A DNA stretch of 64,000 bases from Syntrophales bacterium (lineage in GTDB: Bacteria > Desulfobacterota > Syntrophia > Syntrophales > UBA2210), in NCBI GenBank assembly GCA_963664485.1, contig OY761459.1, positions 709,275-773,274 on the forward strand. The letters run 5' to 3'. The translations under genes and the position numbers were made by a program. Positions 34,822 through 43,696 of the stretch are shown here, piece by piece; positions within the stretch are counted from its first letter, which is position 1; the number at the start of each line of letters is the position of its first letter. The notes under the pieces are model-generated. The model saw only the letters and a program-made list of their open reading frames with translations, did not search any database and was not told the origin of the DNA.

Positions 34822-36222
34822 CTATTTCCCATATTTATCCCAGTGTGCTTTAAAAAGTTTATCCTCATCAAGTTTATATTCCGGAATCGGCCGTGAAACC
34901 CACGTATGATTAACCATATGTTTCCATGTTATGTTATCCGACGAACCGTTATTACCCCAGGTACCACATGCAAGTGTCATGGACCAGGGCATACCGTTGG
35001 TGGTTGCTCCGCTGTTTGCCAGGCACTGCGGCTGGTTGACCATCAGGCGGCTGACCTTTGCCTGCTCGGCAAGCTCGTAGATACGTTCTTCATTGGTGGT
35101 ATGGATACCACAGCAGTGACCGATTCCACGAACAAGGTGAATTCTCTTAAGATAATCGAGAGCATCACTGAATTCTTTGTATTTCCAAAGCGTAACGATC
35201 ACGGAGAGTTTCTCATCGGCAAATTTGTCGGTTTCGACCGGATCATCGCCGAGTACCATGATAAACCTGGTGTCCTCGGGGACATTAAGACCGGCAACAT
35301 TATTGGCGATTCTGAGAGGGGAACGGGCCACGACCTGGGCGTTTATATGCACGCCGTCCGGCCATACCGCTTCTTTAAGCTTGGCTTTCTCTTCGGCATT
35401 ACAAAGATATCCGCCATAAGACTTGAGCTCCGCGAGCGTCTGATCCCACACCGACTCCTGGATAACGAGGTTATTTTCTGCTGAGCAGGAAGTGGCGTTA
35501 TCAAACGTCTTGCTCATAAAGATCTTTTTGGCTGCATCCTTGATATCGGCTGTTTCATCAACGATCATGACCGAATTTCCGGCTCCGACGCCTAATGCCG
35601 GTTTTCCGCTTGAGTAAGCTGCGATAACGGACTGGGTGCCGCCGGTGGAAATAACGATATCACACACCTTCATCATTTTCTGAATATCTTCGATGAACGG
35701 TTTATCCATTACCTGTATCAGGTCTTCCGGAGCGCCGACCTTTTTAAGACCTGCTCTCAGGAACTCAACGGTTTTATTGGCACAACGACGCGCGATCATA
35801 TGGGGTGCAAAGATAATTGCATTACGGGTTTTCAGCGCGAGAATACCCATGACTCCTGGAGTTGCCGTCGGGTTTGTGCAGGGTGTAGGTGCAAAAATAA
35901 CACCCATGGGTTTAACGACTTTGAAAAGTCCCTTCTCGGGGTCTTCATCAACAACACCACATGTTTTAGCACCTTCCATATCGCGAAGAACACCCAAAAC
36001 TTTGTTTCGGTGTTTAGGAAGTTTGTTTTCAAAAATACCCATTTTAGTTTCTTTGGCAGCTAGCTCGGCACATTCCTTGGCGTGTTCCGGTTCGATAGCT
36101 TCCCAGGCCGCAGCCAGCACCATCTCGTCAACCTTATCCTGCGACCAATGTTCGACGATCGCCTGCGCTTTTCTGGCCTTATCAAGCATTTCCTGTAATT
36201 CCTGACCTAATTCTACACTCAT
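34822..36222 (-). CDS. CoA-acylating aldehyde dehydrogenase (AdhE-N/EutE/SucD-like)
   Basis: ..GVGAGNSVMIVDETADIKDAAKKIFMSKTFDNATSCSAENNLVI.. is the catalytic-Cys block of acylating ALDHs. ..TGGTQSV.. is also present. Length is 466 aa. Confidence 0.8.
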   Translation of the reverse strand: MSVELGQELQEMLDKARKAQAIVEHWSQDKVDEMVLAAAWEAIEPEHAKECAELAAKETKMGIFENKLPKHRNKVLGVLRDMEGAKTCGVVDEDPEKGLFKVVKPMGVIFAPTPCTNPTATPGVMGILALKTRNAIIFAPHMIARRCANKTVEFLRAGLKKVGAPEDLIQVMDKPFIEDIQKMMKVCDIVISTGGTQSVIAAYSSGKPALGVGAGNSVMIVDETADIKDAAKKIFMSKTFDNATSCSAENNLVIQESVWDQTLAELKSYGGYLCNAEEKAKLKEAVWPDGVHINAQVVARSPLRIANNVAGLNVPEDTRFIMVLGDDPVETDKFADEKLSVIVTLWKYKEFSDALDYLKRIHLVRGIGHCCGIHTTNEERIYELAEQAKVSRLMVNQPQCLANSGATTNGMPWSMTLACGTWGNNGSSDNITWKHMVNHTWVSRPIPEYKLDEDKLFKAHWDKYGK

Positions 36223-36243
36223 GGCTCCTCCTTCTTAAGGTAA

Positions 36244-36267
36244 TAATTCATAGTGTTAATTCATAGT
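36244..36267. repeat. Two 11-nt direct repeats (TAATTCATAGT) with a 13-nt period in the ALDH leader
   Basis: 36244-36254 and 36257-36267 are identical. They begin 22 nt upstream of the ALDH ATG (36222, minus strand). Confidence 0.8.
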
Positions 36268-36423
36268 CCTGCCTGCTTTGCAAATGCACATGGTCATATG
36301 CCAAAAATATTACTGCGTGTCAAGAAGATAATAGAAAAGATAATAACGGCGGTTCTCAACAGTATGTATTCAAAGATTCAAGATTGCTGCTCACGTCAAT
36401 AATGAGTTGTTTGTATCCGACGA

Positions 36424-36570
36424 CTAAATCAATACATTTAGGAAATTAACAAGATACCCGGCCACAATGGCCACCACAAAGACGTCTAACATAAAAACCA
36501 TGATTAACTTCCTTTTGAATATGGAGACGAGGATAATGAGATCAGGAATGCTTGCCCCGGCACCACTTAT
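36424..36570 (-). pseudogene. Remnant: C-terminal ~48 codons of a DUF318/ArsP-type permease
   Basis: Translation ..ISGAGASIPDLIILVSIFKRKLIMVFMLDVFVVAIVAGYLVNFL* parallels the C-terminus of the intact permease at 38814..39992 (..LLAGPALSLPNMIVIGSVMGVKKTATFCGIIVIMSTIAGLIYG..). It is bounded upstream by an in-frame TAA and has no start codon. Confidence 0.45.
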
Positions 36571-36859
36571 TCGGCTGACTGCTTAATTTGTCCAATAAGC
36601 ATCGGGAGAGCTGTCCTCACTCGATCTGGCGGCATAAGAAACAGATCTGAGCAATGTTAGTAGCATCCCAATTTCTTACTCAGCCTCCGGCCTTCATTTT
36701 TCGCTATACAAAATTTCCCGTCAAATTTTTTCATTATCGTCGATCATCCGCTAAAGTAACATTTCTTTTGACGAGATCGAATCCTTCGTCGCTTCCGGCT
36801 GCAACCTCTAACGCTGAAACCGTTATCCATCAACCCGAATTCGGCCAATTTAAGGTTCA

Positions 36860-37105
36860 TCACGGCTTGCAGGACACGTGGCACACCCCGGTCGGCATCT
36901 CTACGGCATAGGGGAAGTATCTACGTTTGAGGCGGAGAGCCACGTTGACCAGGCCGATCAGGACAGGGACCTCGATCAGGGGTCCTATCACTGCGGCGAA
37001 GGCCTGCCCGGTAAAGATCGGATACAGGTAAGACAGGGGAAACAGCGTCATCATCATACCCACGGCAAGTCCCCCTATGGTGCCAACTGCCATGGGCTGA
37101 AGCAT
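36860..37105 (-). pseudogene. Remnant: C-terminal ~80 codons of an ACR3-type arsenite efflux transporter
   Basis: ..[32 protein letters not shown].. is the conserved ACR3 C-terminal block. The roughly 270 N-terminal residues of a normal ACR3 are absent. Confidence 0.6.
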
Positions 37106-37194
37106 GTCCCGGCTGTCTTTAAATTCTCCATCACGTCAAGCACTGACATGGAAGATTCGGAAAAATCGGTCGGGTATAATAAATTTGCAAACAT
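37075..37194 (-). pseudogene. Remnant: N-terminal ~29 codons of a universal stress protein, running out of frame into the ACR3 remnant
   Basis: AGGAG-N7-ATG (37194), then [29 protein letters not shown], the typical Usp N-terminus (..PTDFSE.S..AL..). Unrelated sequence follows, with a stop after codon 39. Confidence 0.5.
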
Positions 37195-37227
37195 GGTTTT
37201 TCTCCTTTTTCTGTAATAGATTAATCC

Positions 37228-38058
37228 TTACAGGGGAAGATTGAGCCATGAAAAGACACCTATCATTTTGAGGCCCATATAAAACATCACCACAATAAAA
37301 ATGTGCTTGAGCTGCTTGGAGGGCAGAAGATGCGCCACCTTGGCGCCGACAATAGCCATGGGAATGCTGCATCCGACCAGCAGGATCCACTGCAGCCAGT
37401 TGATATATCCGGTTGAATAAGGAGGCAAACCGGGCACGCCCAAGCCGTTAATCATATACGAGAGCGATCCGCCGACGGCCGTAAAAATCATCAATGCCGT
37501 GGATGTGCCTACCGCCTGATGCATTTTGAATTTCAGAAAATAAATCATGATCGGAATCATGATCACGCCGCCGCCGATTCCGATAATGCCAGACAGAATA
37601 CCCAGTGGAATGCCCCACAGAATAAACGCAACGATGTTGTTGGACGGTTCATCCGTGATTTTCGGCGGCTTTGCCGTGAGCATGCGAATGCCGCCGAGGA
37701 TTACGACAACACCGAACGCTGTCGTAAGAATTTTTCCGGGTAAATGAGAGGTTATAAATGCGCCGAAGAATGCGCCAATGGCGCCGGCAATGCCGAAGGC
37801 AACAGCCGCCTTCCACAAAACGGCGCCTTTTTTGTTATGGGTTAAAGCGCCGCTCAAGGCTGTGGGAAGCACCACCAGAAGGTTTGTGCCGAAGGCAATC
37901 CGAATGGCTAGCGTGGGATCAACGCCAATGGCCTGAAGCACCCAGAACTGTACCGGAACCATGATGAAACATCCCCCGACCCCCAGAAGGCCGGAGGCAA
38001 ATCCCACGCCGATACCTGTAATCAGTAATGCGATGATATGTATTGCCTGCATTTCCAT
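37228..38058 (-). CDS. TauE/SafE (DUF81) family anion exporter
   Basis: Multi-TM protein with ..GVGFASGLLGVGGCFIMVP.. and a second ..GILSGIIGIGGGVIMIP.. repeat typical of TauE/SafE. I prefer the ATG at 38058 (MEMQAI), preceded by AAGGGG, over the TTG at 38079. Confidence 0.8.
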   Translation of the reverse strand: MEMQAIHIIALLITGIGVGFASGLLGVGGCFIMVPVQFWVLQAIGVDPTLAIRIAFGTNLLVVLPTALSGALTHNKKGAVLWKAAVAFGIAGAIGAFFGAFITSHLPGKILTTAFGVVVILGGIRMLTAKPPKITDEPSNNIVAFILWGIPLGILSGIIGIGGGVIMIPIMIYFLKFKMHQAVGTSTALMIFTAVGGSLSYMINGLGVPGLPPYSTGYINWLQWILLVGCSIPMAIVGAKVAHLLPSKQLKHIFIVVMFYMGLKMIGVFSWLNLPL

Positions 38059-38162
38059 TGTTCTAACCCCTTTTCCCAATCAATTAGCCGCACCGCCGAA
38101 AGCGGCACGGTATTATCATTAATCCTTAAGATGCCCCGCGAGAACAAAGCCATGCGCGTCCG

Positions 38163-38396
38163 TCAGGGTCTCAGCCACCCCTTGACCTCATCCTTGCCGG
38201 GGACCTTCCCGACGCTCTTGACCTCGCCGTCGATCACCACTGCCGGCGTCCCGAAGACTCCGTACCCGGCTATCTTCATAAAATCGGTGACTTTCTCGAT
38301 ATCAGCATCAACGCCGGTTTCCGCCACCACTTCCCTCACTATCTTTTCCGTTTGTCCGCATTTCGGACAGCCCGGTCCCAGTATTTTGATTTCCAT
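38163..38396 (-). CDS. Thioredoxin-fold 'redox-active disulfide protein 2' type small protein
   Basis: MEIKILGPGCPKCGQTEK... carries a CxxC motif. ..GVFGTPAVVIDGEV.. is also present. 77 aa, preceded by AAGGAG. Confidence 0.8.
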   Translation of the reverse strand: MEIKILGPGCPKCGQTEKIVREVVAETGVDADIEKVTDFMKIAGYGVFGTPAVVIDGEVKSVGKVPGKDEVKGWLRP

Positions 38397-38802
38397 CTCT
38401 ATTCTCCTTTATTTGTCGTTTGTTTGTTTTTATCAATCTGCGTGCGGATTCCCAGATCAGGTATGCGGGGATCGCTTCGTATGTCCGGCCTTCCTGTTGG
38501 AGGGTCCGGCACAGGACGGGCACACCGAGCAAATCACCGCAGGAGGCACAGCAGTTTTCCGACGCGCGTGCATCGGGGAGCAGTTCCTCAATGGGGATAC
38601 CGTTCAGCAGAATCATGTTCGACTCTTGGATTTCCACGTCAGTGAGAAACGTCTCCTTCAACCGAACCTCCCAGCCCGCCGGTTCCAGTTCCTCGGCGAG
38701 TATGCGGTAAGCCTCTCGAACCGAATCTCCCGTATCCGAACACCGGTCGCAGGTCTTTCCGTCCTTCTCCAGGTGGCGCCATTCTATTTCCAGACGTTTC
38801 AT
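38308..38802 (-). CDS. DUF2703-like protein with an unusually long C-terminal extension overlapping the next gene
   Basis: MKRLEIEWRHLEKDGKTCDRCSDTGDSVREAYRILAEELEPAGWEVRLKETFL.. fits the DUF2703 pattern. The frame stays open for 89 nt into the thioredoxin-like gene. The tracked ORF's 145 upstream codons overlap the permease gene and are discounted. Confidence 0.6.
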   Translation of the reverse strand: MKRLEIEWRHLEKDGKTCDRCSDTGDSVREAYRILAEELEPAGWEVRLKETFLTDVEIQESNMILLNGIPIEELLPDARASENCCASCGDLLGVPVLCRTLQQEGRTYEAIPAYLIWESARRLIKTNKRQIKENRDGNQNTGTGLSEMRTNGKDSEGSGGGNRR

Positions 38803-38813
38803 TATCTTTATTT

Positions 38814-39992
38814 CTATCCGGCAAAACTGCCGTAAATTAAACCCGCGATAGTGGACATAATAACTATGATACCGCAGAATGTAGCTGTTTTTTTTACACC
38901 CATAACACTGCCTATCACTATCATATTCGGTAATGACAATGCGGGCCCGGCCAGGAGCAGGGCCAGAGCGGGCCCCTTGCCCATACCTGCCCCCAGGAGT
39001 CCCTGAAGTATGGGAATTTCCGTCAGAGTCGCAAAATACATCAGCGCTCCCGCGACCGAGGCAAACAGGTTGGCCCATACCGAGTTTCCGCCTAATAGCG
39101 ATTGAACATACTGTTCCGGAATAAGAGCCGGGTGTCCGGGTCTTCCCAGCAGAAAGCCGGCTACAAGAACGCCGACGATCAAGAGCGGGAATATCTGCTT
39201 CATGAACCCCCAGGTAGATTCGACCCATGTAATACATTCATCCTTCGTGAACCATGCCCTGAGCATTAAAACCAGGATGACCAGCAGAAAGGCTGTAACG
39301 TACCACTTGTACGCGAAGATCATCGACCATAGACCGCTCGCCCCGGGAGCAGGACTGGCAAAGGCGGCGAATACCAGAATCAGAACCATGGTCAATAAAT
39401 AAAGGCTGTCCTGCAGCAGAGTCCGCTGATCGGCGTTGGCATCAGGCACATATATCTGCCCCTTGTTACGCGTCGCGTCATCTTTCCGGAAGATCAGTGC
39501 CATAAGCAACCCCGTAATGACGGCAAAGATTATCGCACCGACAGCGCGGGCAAGTCCCATTTGCCAACCCAACACTTTTGCAGTAAGTGTAATGGCCAGA
39601 ACGTTTATAGCGGGCCCGGAATAAAGAAACGCCGTCGCCGGCCCGATACCGGCTCCACGCGTGTAAATACCGGCAAAAAGAGGCAGCACCGTGCATGAAC
39701 ATACCGCGAGAATCGAACCGGATACGGAGGCCACGGAATAGGAAAGCACCTTTTTAGCCTGAGCGCCGAAGTACTTCAGCACGGAAGCCTGGGACACGAA
39801 GACCGAAATGGCACCGGCGATGAAGAACGCCGGGATCAGGCATGTCAGAACATGCTGCCGGGCGTACTCCTGAAGCATCATGAAAGCTTCAAGCCCCGAC
39901 CGACGGATAACCGGCTCGCTCCACGGGATATAATAAGCCGCCAGGAAAACTCCGGCTATTAATAATAATTTGGTTCGTTCCTTCATCAACAA
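38814..39992 (-). CDS. DUF318/ArsP-type permease
   Basis: 392 aa with about 8-10 TM helices. ..ILAVCSCTVLPLFAGIY.. matches the conserved CSC..P motif of this permease family. Confidence 0.75.
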   Translation of the reverse strand: MLMKERTKLLLIAGVFLAAYYIPWSEPVIRRSGLEAFMMLQEYARQHVLTCLIPAFFIAGAISVFVSQASVLKYFGAQAKKVLSYSVASVSGSILAVCSCTVLPLFAGIYTRGAGIGPATAFLYSGPAINVLAITLTAKVLGWQMGLARAVGAIIFAVITGLLMALIFRKDDATRNKGQIYVPDANADQRTLLQDSLYLLTMVLILVFAAFASPAPGASGLWSMIFAYKWYVTAFLLVILVLMLRAWFTKDECITWVESTWGFMKQIFPLLIVGVLVAGFLLGRPGHPALIPEQYVQSLLGGNSVWANLFASVAGALMYFATLTEIPILQGLLGAGMGKGPALALLLAGPALSLPNMIVIGSVMGVKKTATFCGIIVIMSTIAGLIYGSFAG

Positions 39993-40099
39993 TATCCTCT
40001 AATATCTTCCATAATCTTCAGGAACCCAGGGACAGCAAGTTCCGCCACATGGTTTCATGTTTAGCGATATAGCAATATATACATTGCAAAAAAACCACA

Positions 40100-40444
40100 C
40101 TAAACTCCGCAGATGTCTTCCCTTCGAATGTTTGGCAGTCGTTTCGATAACGCCATAATCTCCGGATCATCGTTCAACCAGTGTTTCAAATTGCCCATCA
40201 GACTGGCTGCATAGGGACTGCTTATACCATCCGCCAGTGTATAGTTGACCCACAGACCATCTTTATAAAAGGTAATCAAACCGGCTTGTTCGAGAATCTT
40301 AAGATGCTTGCTCGCAGTTGATTGCGCCATGCCGAGCGCTTCTTTGATCTCACATACGCACATGACTCGTTTTTGCAGCATCTTCATGATCTTGACACGG
40401 CTCGGATCGGACAGGGCTTTCATCACTTCAAGGAACGTTCTCAT
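40100..40444 (-). CDS. ArsR/SmtB family metalloregulator
   Basis: ..LSDPSRVKIMKMLQKRVMCVCEIKEALGMAQSTASKHLKILEQAGLI.. is a winged HTH carrying a CVC motif. I prefer the ATG at 40444 (MRTFLEV), which has GGAGG 8 nt upstream. The tracked start at 40501 falls inside the predicted promoter. Confidence 0.85.
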   Translation of the reverse strand: MRTFLEVMKALSDPSRVKIMKMLQKRVMCVCEIKEALGMAQSTASKHLKILEQAGLITFYKDGLWVNYTLADGISSPYAASLMGNLKHWLNDDPEIMALSKRLPNIRREDICGV

Positions 40445-40472
40445 AAGCACGACCTCCATATCGTATTTTTGG

Positions 40473-40501
40473 AATATAGTGTCCGAATTCGCCTTTGTCA
40501 A
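40473..40501 (-). promoter_or_regulatory. Sigma70 promoter of the arsR-led operon
   Basis: Minus strand: TTGACA (40501-40496), 17-nt spacer, TATATT (40478-40473). The spacer contains the palindrome CGAATTCG. Confidence 0.55.
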
Positions 40502-40764
40502 ACAATTTTTTTAATTTGAATCGTCAATACGACTATCCTATGCATGTCTCCGCCATAACCGCTGGCGCCCCACCACAACGTCATGTTCATTATTCCGTTG
40601 ACTCATGCTAACGCTTCTCCTATATTGACTCCGTCAGGAAAAGAGTCGTTACCGGAATCAGACAAAAACCGTGTTAAAGAATGCCCGCTTGATACCGGCT
40701 TTCGGCGACACTACAGTAAGCCGGTCGGCAGGTGATTCCCTCCGGCCTCTGAAGCGGGTGTATA

Positions 40765-41661
40765 ATGTCCAGAGATGAAATAATCGGGATCATCAGCCTT
40801 ATTGCCGGAGTCGGGCTGTTCAGTACCGTAGAGGTGACAAGCAAATTCATCGGAAACGCTGTAGATCCCGTTGTTTTAACGTTTATCCGTTTTTTCGTCA
40901 CGGGTATAGTGTTGCTCTGCATCTCGATACCCCTTCTCAGTCTAAGAATTAGTTCGCTCACCCTGACCGATATGGGGATTTTTCTGCTCAACGCTTTTAT
41001 CGGGATCGCCCTGTCGATACCGCTCTTTCACCTGGCGATTCTGGTACTGGAAAAGGCTGCGTCTGCGGCGGTGGTATTCAGCGTCAACCCGGTCTTTGTT
41101 ATCGTGCTTGCGCGGTATATCAACGGCGAATCCTGGACCCTTCGAAAGTGGCTCGCCGTATTCCTGGGCGTCGCAGGGGTGATATTCTTTGCCTTCGAGT
41201 CGGGCTCCCTTACATACCGTTCGGTCGGAGGACTGGCGATTATGATTCTATCGGCCATTTTATTCGCCACGAGCATATGCATTTCCCGCAGGGTAGTGGC
41301 CCGATACGGGGCAACTATACTCATGGGCTTTTCAGCTCTCTTCGGCAGTCTGATGCTTTTCCCCTTTGCCTGTATGAAGATTTCTCCGGAAAATCTCGCG
41401 GCGATGGGAAATCTCTGGCTTCCCATCCTGTATCTTTCCATAATGGGCACAGCTATGGCATACGCATTTTATTATTTCGGCATACTCAACACCTCGGCCC
41501 AGAAAGCCGGTATGGCCTTTTTTCTCAAGCCCGTGCTGGCATCCATACTGGCGGCGCTCTTGCTTGGCGAATCGTTCAACATGTATATGACCATCGGAAC
41601 CCTCCTGATCCTTGCCGGACTCGTGCTTGTCCTTACACAACCGAAACGGATTTTACAGTGA
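40765..41661 (+). CDS. DMT-superfamily (EamA-type) transporter
   Basis: 298 aa with about 10 TM helices arranged as two EamA-like halves. It is divergent from arsR. Confidence 0.8.
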   Translation: MSRDEIIGIISLIAGVGLFSTVEVTSKFIGNAVDPVVLTFIRFFVTGIVLLCISIPLLSLRISSLTLTDMGIFLLNAFIGIALSIPLFHLAILVLEKAASAAVVFSVNPVFVIVLARYINGESWTLRKWLAVFLGVAGVIFFAFESGSLTYRSVGGLAIMILSAILFATSICISRRVVARYGATILMGFSALFGSLMLFPFACMKISPENLAAMGNLWLPILYLSIMGTAMAYAFYYFGILNTSAQKAGMAFFLKPVLASILAALLLGESFNMYMTIGTLLILAGLVLVLTQPKRILQ

Positions 41662-42339
41662 TCCTGTACAGCCGGACAATTTCCGAAAACTGCAGCACCA
41701 TCTTTTGTCATATCCGTTATGCAACACCCTTAGCGAATTTCACACTTGGAACATTCACAACCTGCCGAACATCACATATAACATATTGTGATCGCAGGCA
41801 AAACTGACATACAAAGCCGTCTTACCTATATAACCTCTTGTGAAAGCGATTTTTCATTAATCTTTCGGTACCGTGAAGGTACAAAATGTCAGATAAGAAT
41901 ACGGCATAAAAACCGGTCGAGCGTTCCCAGGACAAGGATATGCATCAGACAGCCAAAATAATTTTTCTCCTCGAGCAATCTAAGTAACCGGAACAAAAAC
42001 ATAAACGTTTTTACAGGAGACCGGTTAGCATATTTCATCATGACTCAAGAATAAAAACAAAAGCCGGTTTACAAGGCAAGACTACTATATACCGAACCAT
42101 GCAAGATATCTCTCGCTTAGTGTCCTCCTTATAAGATTATCCGGGATAATTCCTGCCTTTGATCCGGCGACGCTGACCGCCGAGTATAAAGCATGTGCCG
42201 TTACGATTGAAAAACTGTAACAATGATGATATAAAGCGTGGCCTCTGACTAGTTGTCCTTGGTTGGGGGTCACGCTTGTTTTGTTTTTTACGTAGCGATA
42301 TCGACTCCTTATATAAAAACCATTCCATATGTTTTCATT

Positions 42340-43689
42340 ATGCTGGTATTGGCTTCCATGATCGATAAACTGAATAGATTTTTTTCCTCTATACGACTCA
42401 CCATCTTTTTGTTTCTGTCTCTCGCGGTTACTTCTATCATAGGTACAATAATTCAGCAGGGACTGCCGACGGAACGGTATAAAGCTTTATATAGTTCAGG
42501 TTTGTTCTCCACCTTAAAATTCTTCAATATATTCGACATGTACCACTCATGGTGGTTTACGACCCTGCTGGGTCTGTTGGCAATTAATATTATTGCCTGT
42601 ACCTACAAACAGATTCCCCGCATTATCAGGTTAATCTTCCCAAAGAAAAAAGAGTTCGACGAAACGATTTTCAGATCGTCCCAGATCCGGAAAACATTCC
42701 TGAGTTCTAAAAATATATCGTATCTTGAACGACAATCGGAGGCACTGATACAATCCCTCGCAGGAAACCCGGTAAAGATAACGAAGGATGGATCACGTTA
42801 CTTTTTCGCGGAAAAGGGGAAATTTTCAAGGACGGGAATGCTCATGGTGCATATCAGTATTCTCCTGATACTGGCAGGCGGGTTAGCAGGAACCATAGGA
42901 GGATTTACCGGCCACATGAATATTATCGAAGGAGAAAAATCGGATACGGCCACACTGTTTGGAGAAAAAAAAGCCAGGAAGCTGGGGTTTGCCGTTCGAT
43001 GTGATGATTTCAGCGTCGATTTTTATGAAACAGGCATGCCCAGAGAATACAAGACCGATTTAACGATAATAGATAATGGGAAGGAAGTTGTATCCGGCGT
43101 AATAAGAGTAAATCACCCCTTTGTTTATAAAGGGACAAAATTATGTCAGGCGACATACGGGATCGCAGGTAGTGGAGGGTTCCTGATCGGAGCAACGAAT
43201 AAAAACACAGGAGAAGAAACCGTTTTTAATCTGGACACGATGAAAAAGGTTCCGCTGCCGGGCGGCAATTCTTTTTTTGCGATAGCAAGGTTCCTACAAG
43301 ATGCCGGCGGTATGGGACCCGCGGTATTGGGTGTTTTGCTTGAACCGGGCAAAGAGCACGATATATTCTGGATATTCCAAAACGACCGTGGCGTTAATCA
43401 GCAGCAGAAAGGCGGATTCACCTTTATCCTTAAGGATTTCAACGAGTTGTATTATACTGGAATCCAGGTCAGCAAAGACCCGGGAATTTCTATCGTATGG
43501 AGCGGATTCTGCCTTATTATCATAGGTTTTATTTTAAGCCTTTTCTTTGCACACACAAGAATATGGCTGAGAATTTCATCAGGTCCACAGGACAAATACG
43601 AAATTTCCGTTGCCGCCAGCGTCAGTAAAAACAGAAAATCTTTTGAGGAAAAGCTGGAGACCCTAACCAGGGAAATCGAATCAGAGTAA
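42340..43689 (+). CDS. resB: Cytochrome c biogenesis protein ResB/Ccs1 (system II)
   Basis: ..FFSSIRLTIFLFLSLAVTSIIGTIIQQG.. is the ResB N-terminus, followed by a large extracytoplasmic domain and a C-terminal TM helix. The start is ambiguous (42253, 42340 or 42358). Confidence 0.85.
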   Translation: MLVLASMIDKLNRFFSSIRLTIFLFLSLAVTSIIGTIIQQGLPTERYKALYSSGLFSTLKFFNIFDMYHSWWFTTLLGLLAINIIACTYKQIPRIIRLIFPKKKEFDETIFRSSQIRKTFLSSKNISYLERQSEALIQSLAGNPVKITKDGSRYFFAEKGKFSRTGMLMVHISILLILAGGLAGTIGGFTGHMNIIEGEKSDTATLFGEKKARKLGFAVRCDDFSVDFYETGMPREYKTDLTIIDNGKEVVSGVIRVNHPFVYKGTKLCQATYGIAGSGGFLIGATNKNTGEETVFNLDTMKKVPLPGGNSFFAIARFLQDAGGMGPAVLGVLLEPGKEHDIFWIFQNDRGVNQQQKGGFTFILKDFNELYYTGIQVSKDPGISIVWSGFCLIIIGFILSLFFAHTRIWLRISSGPQDKYEISVAASVSKNRKSFEEKLETLTREIESE

Positions 43690-43696
43690 AAAAATA

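Noticed and set aside
38803-39237. The N-terminal 145 codons of ORF 38308..39237 would make a 309-aa protein.
   Set aside because: This part overlaps the permease gene in another frame and is Arg/Gly-rich nonsense. The recognisable DUF2703 homology begins at MKRLEIEW (ATG at 38802), 11 nt after the permease stop.
41658-41807. CSTIFCH in a short frame after the DMT gene looked like a CX4CH heme-binding motif just upstream of resB/ccsA.
   Set aside because: The frame has only a GTG overlapping the DMT stop. It has no signal peptide and no ribosome-binding site. A single motif occurrence is expected by chance.
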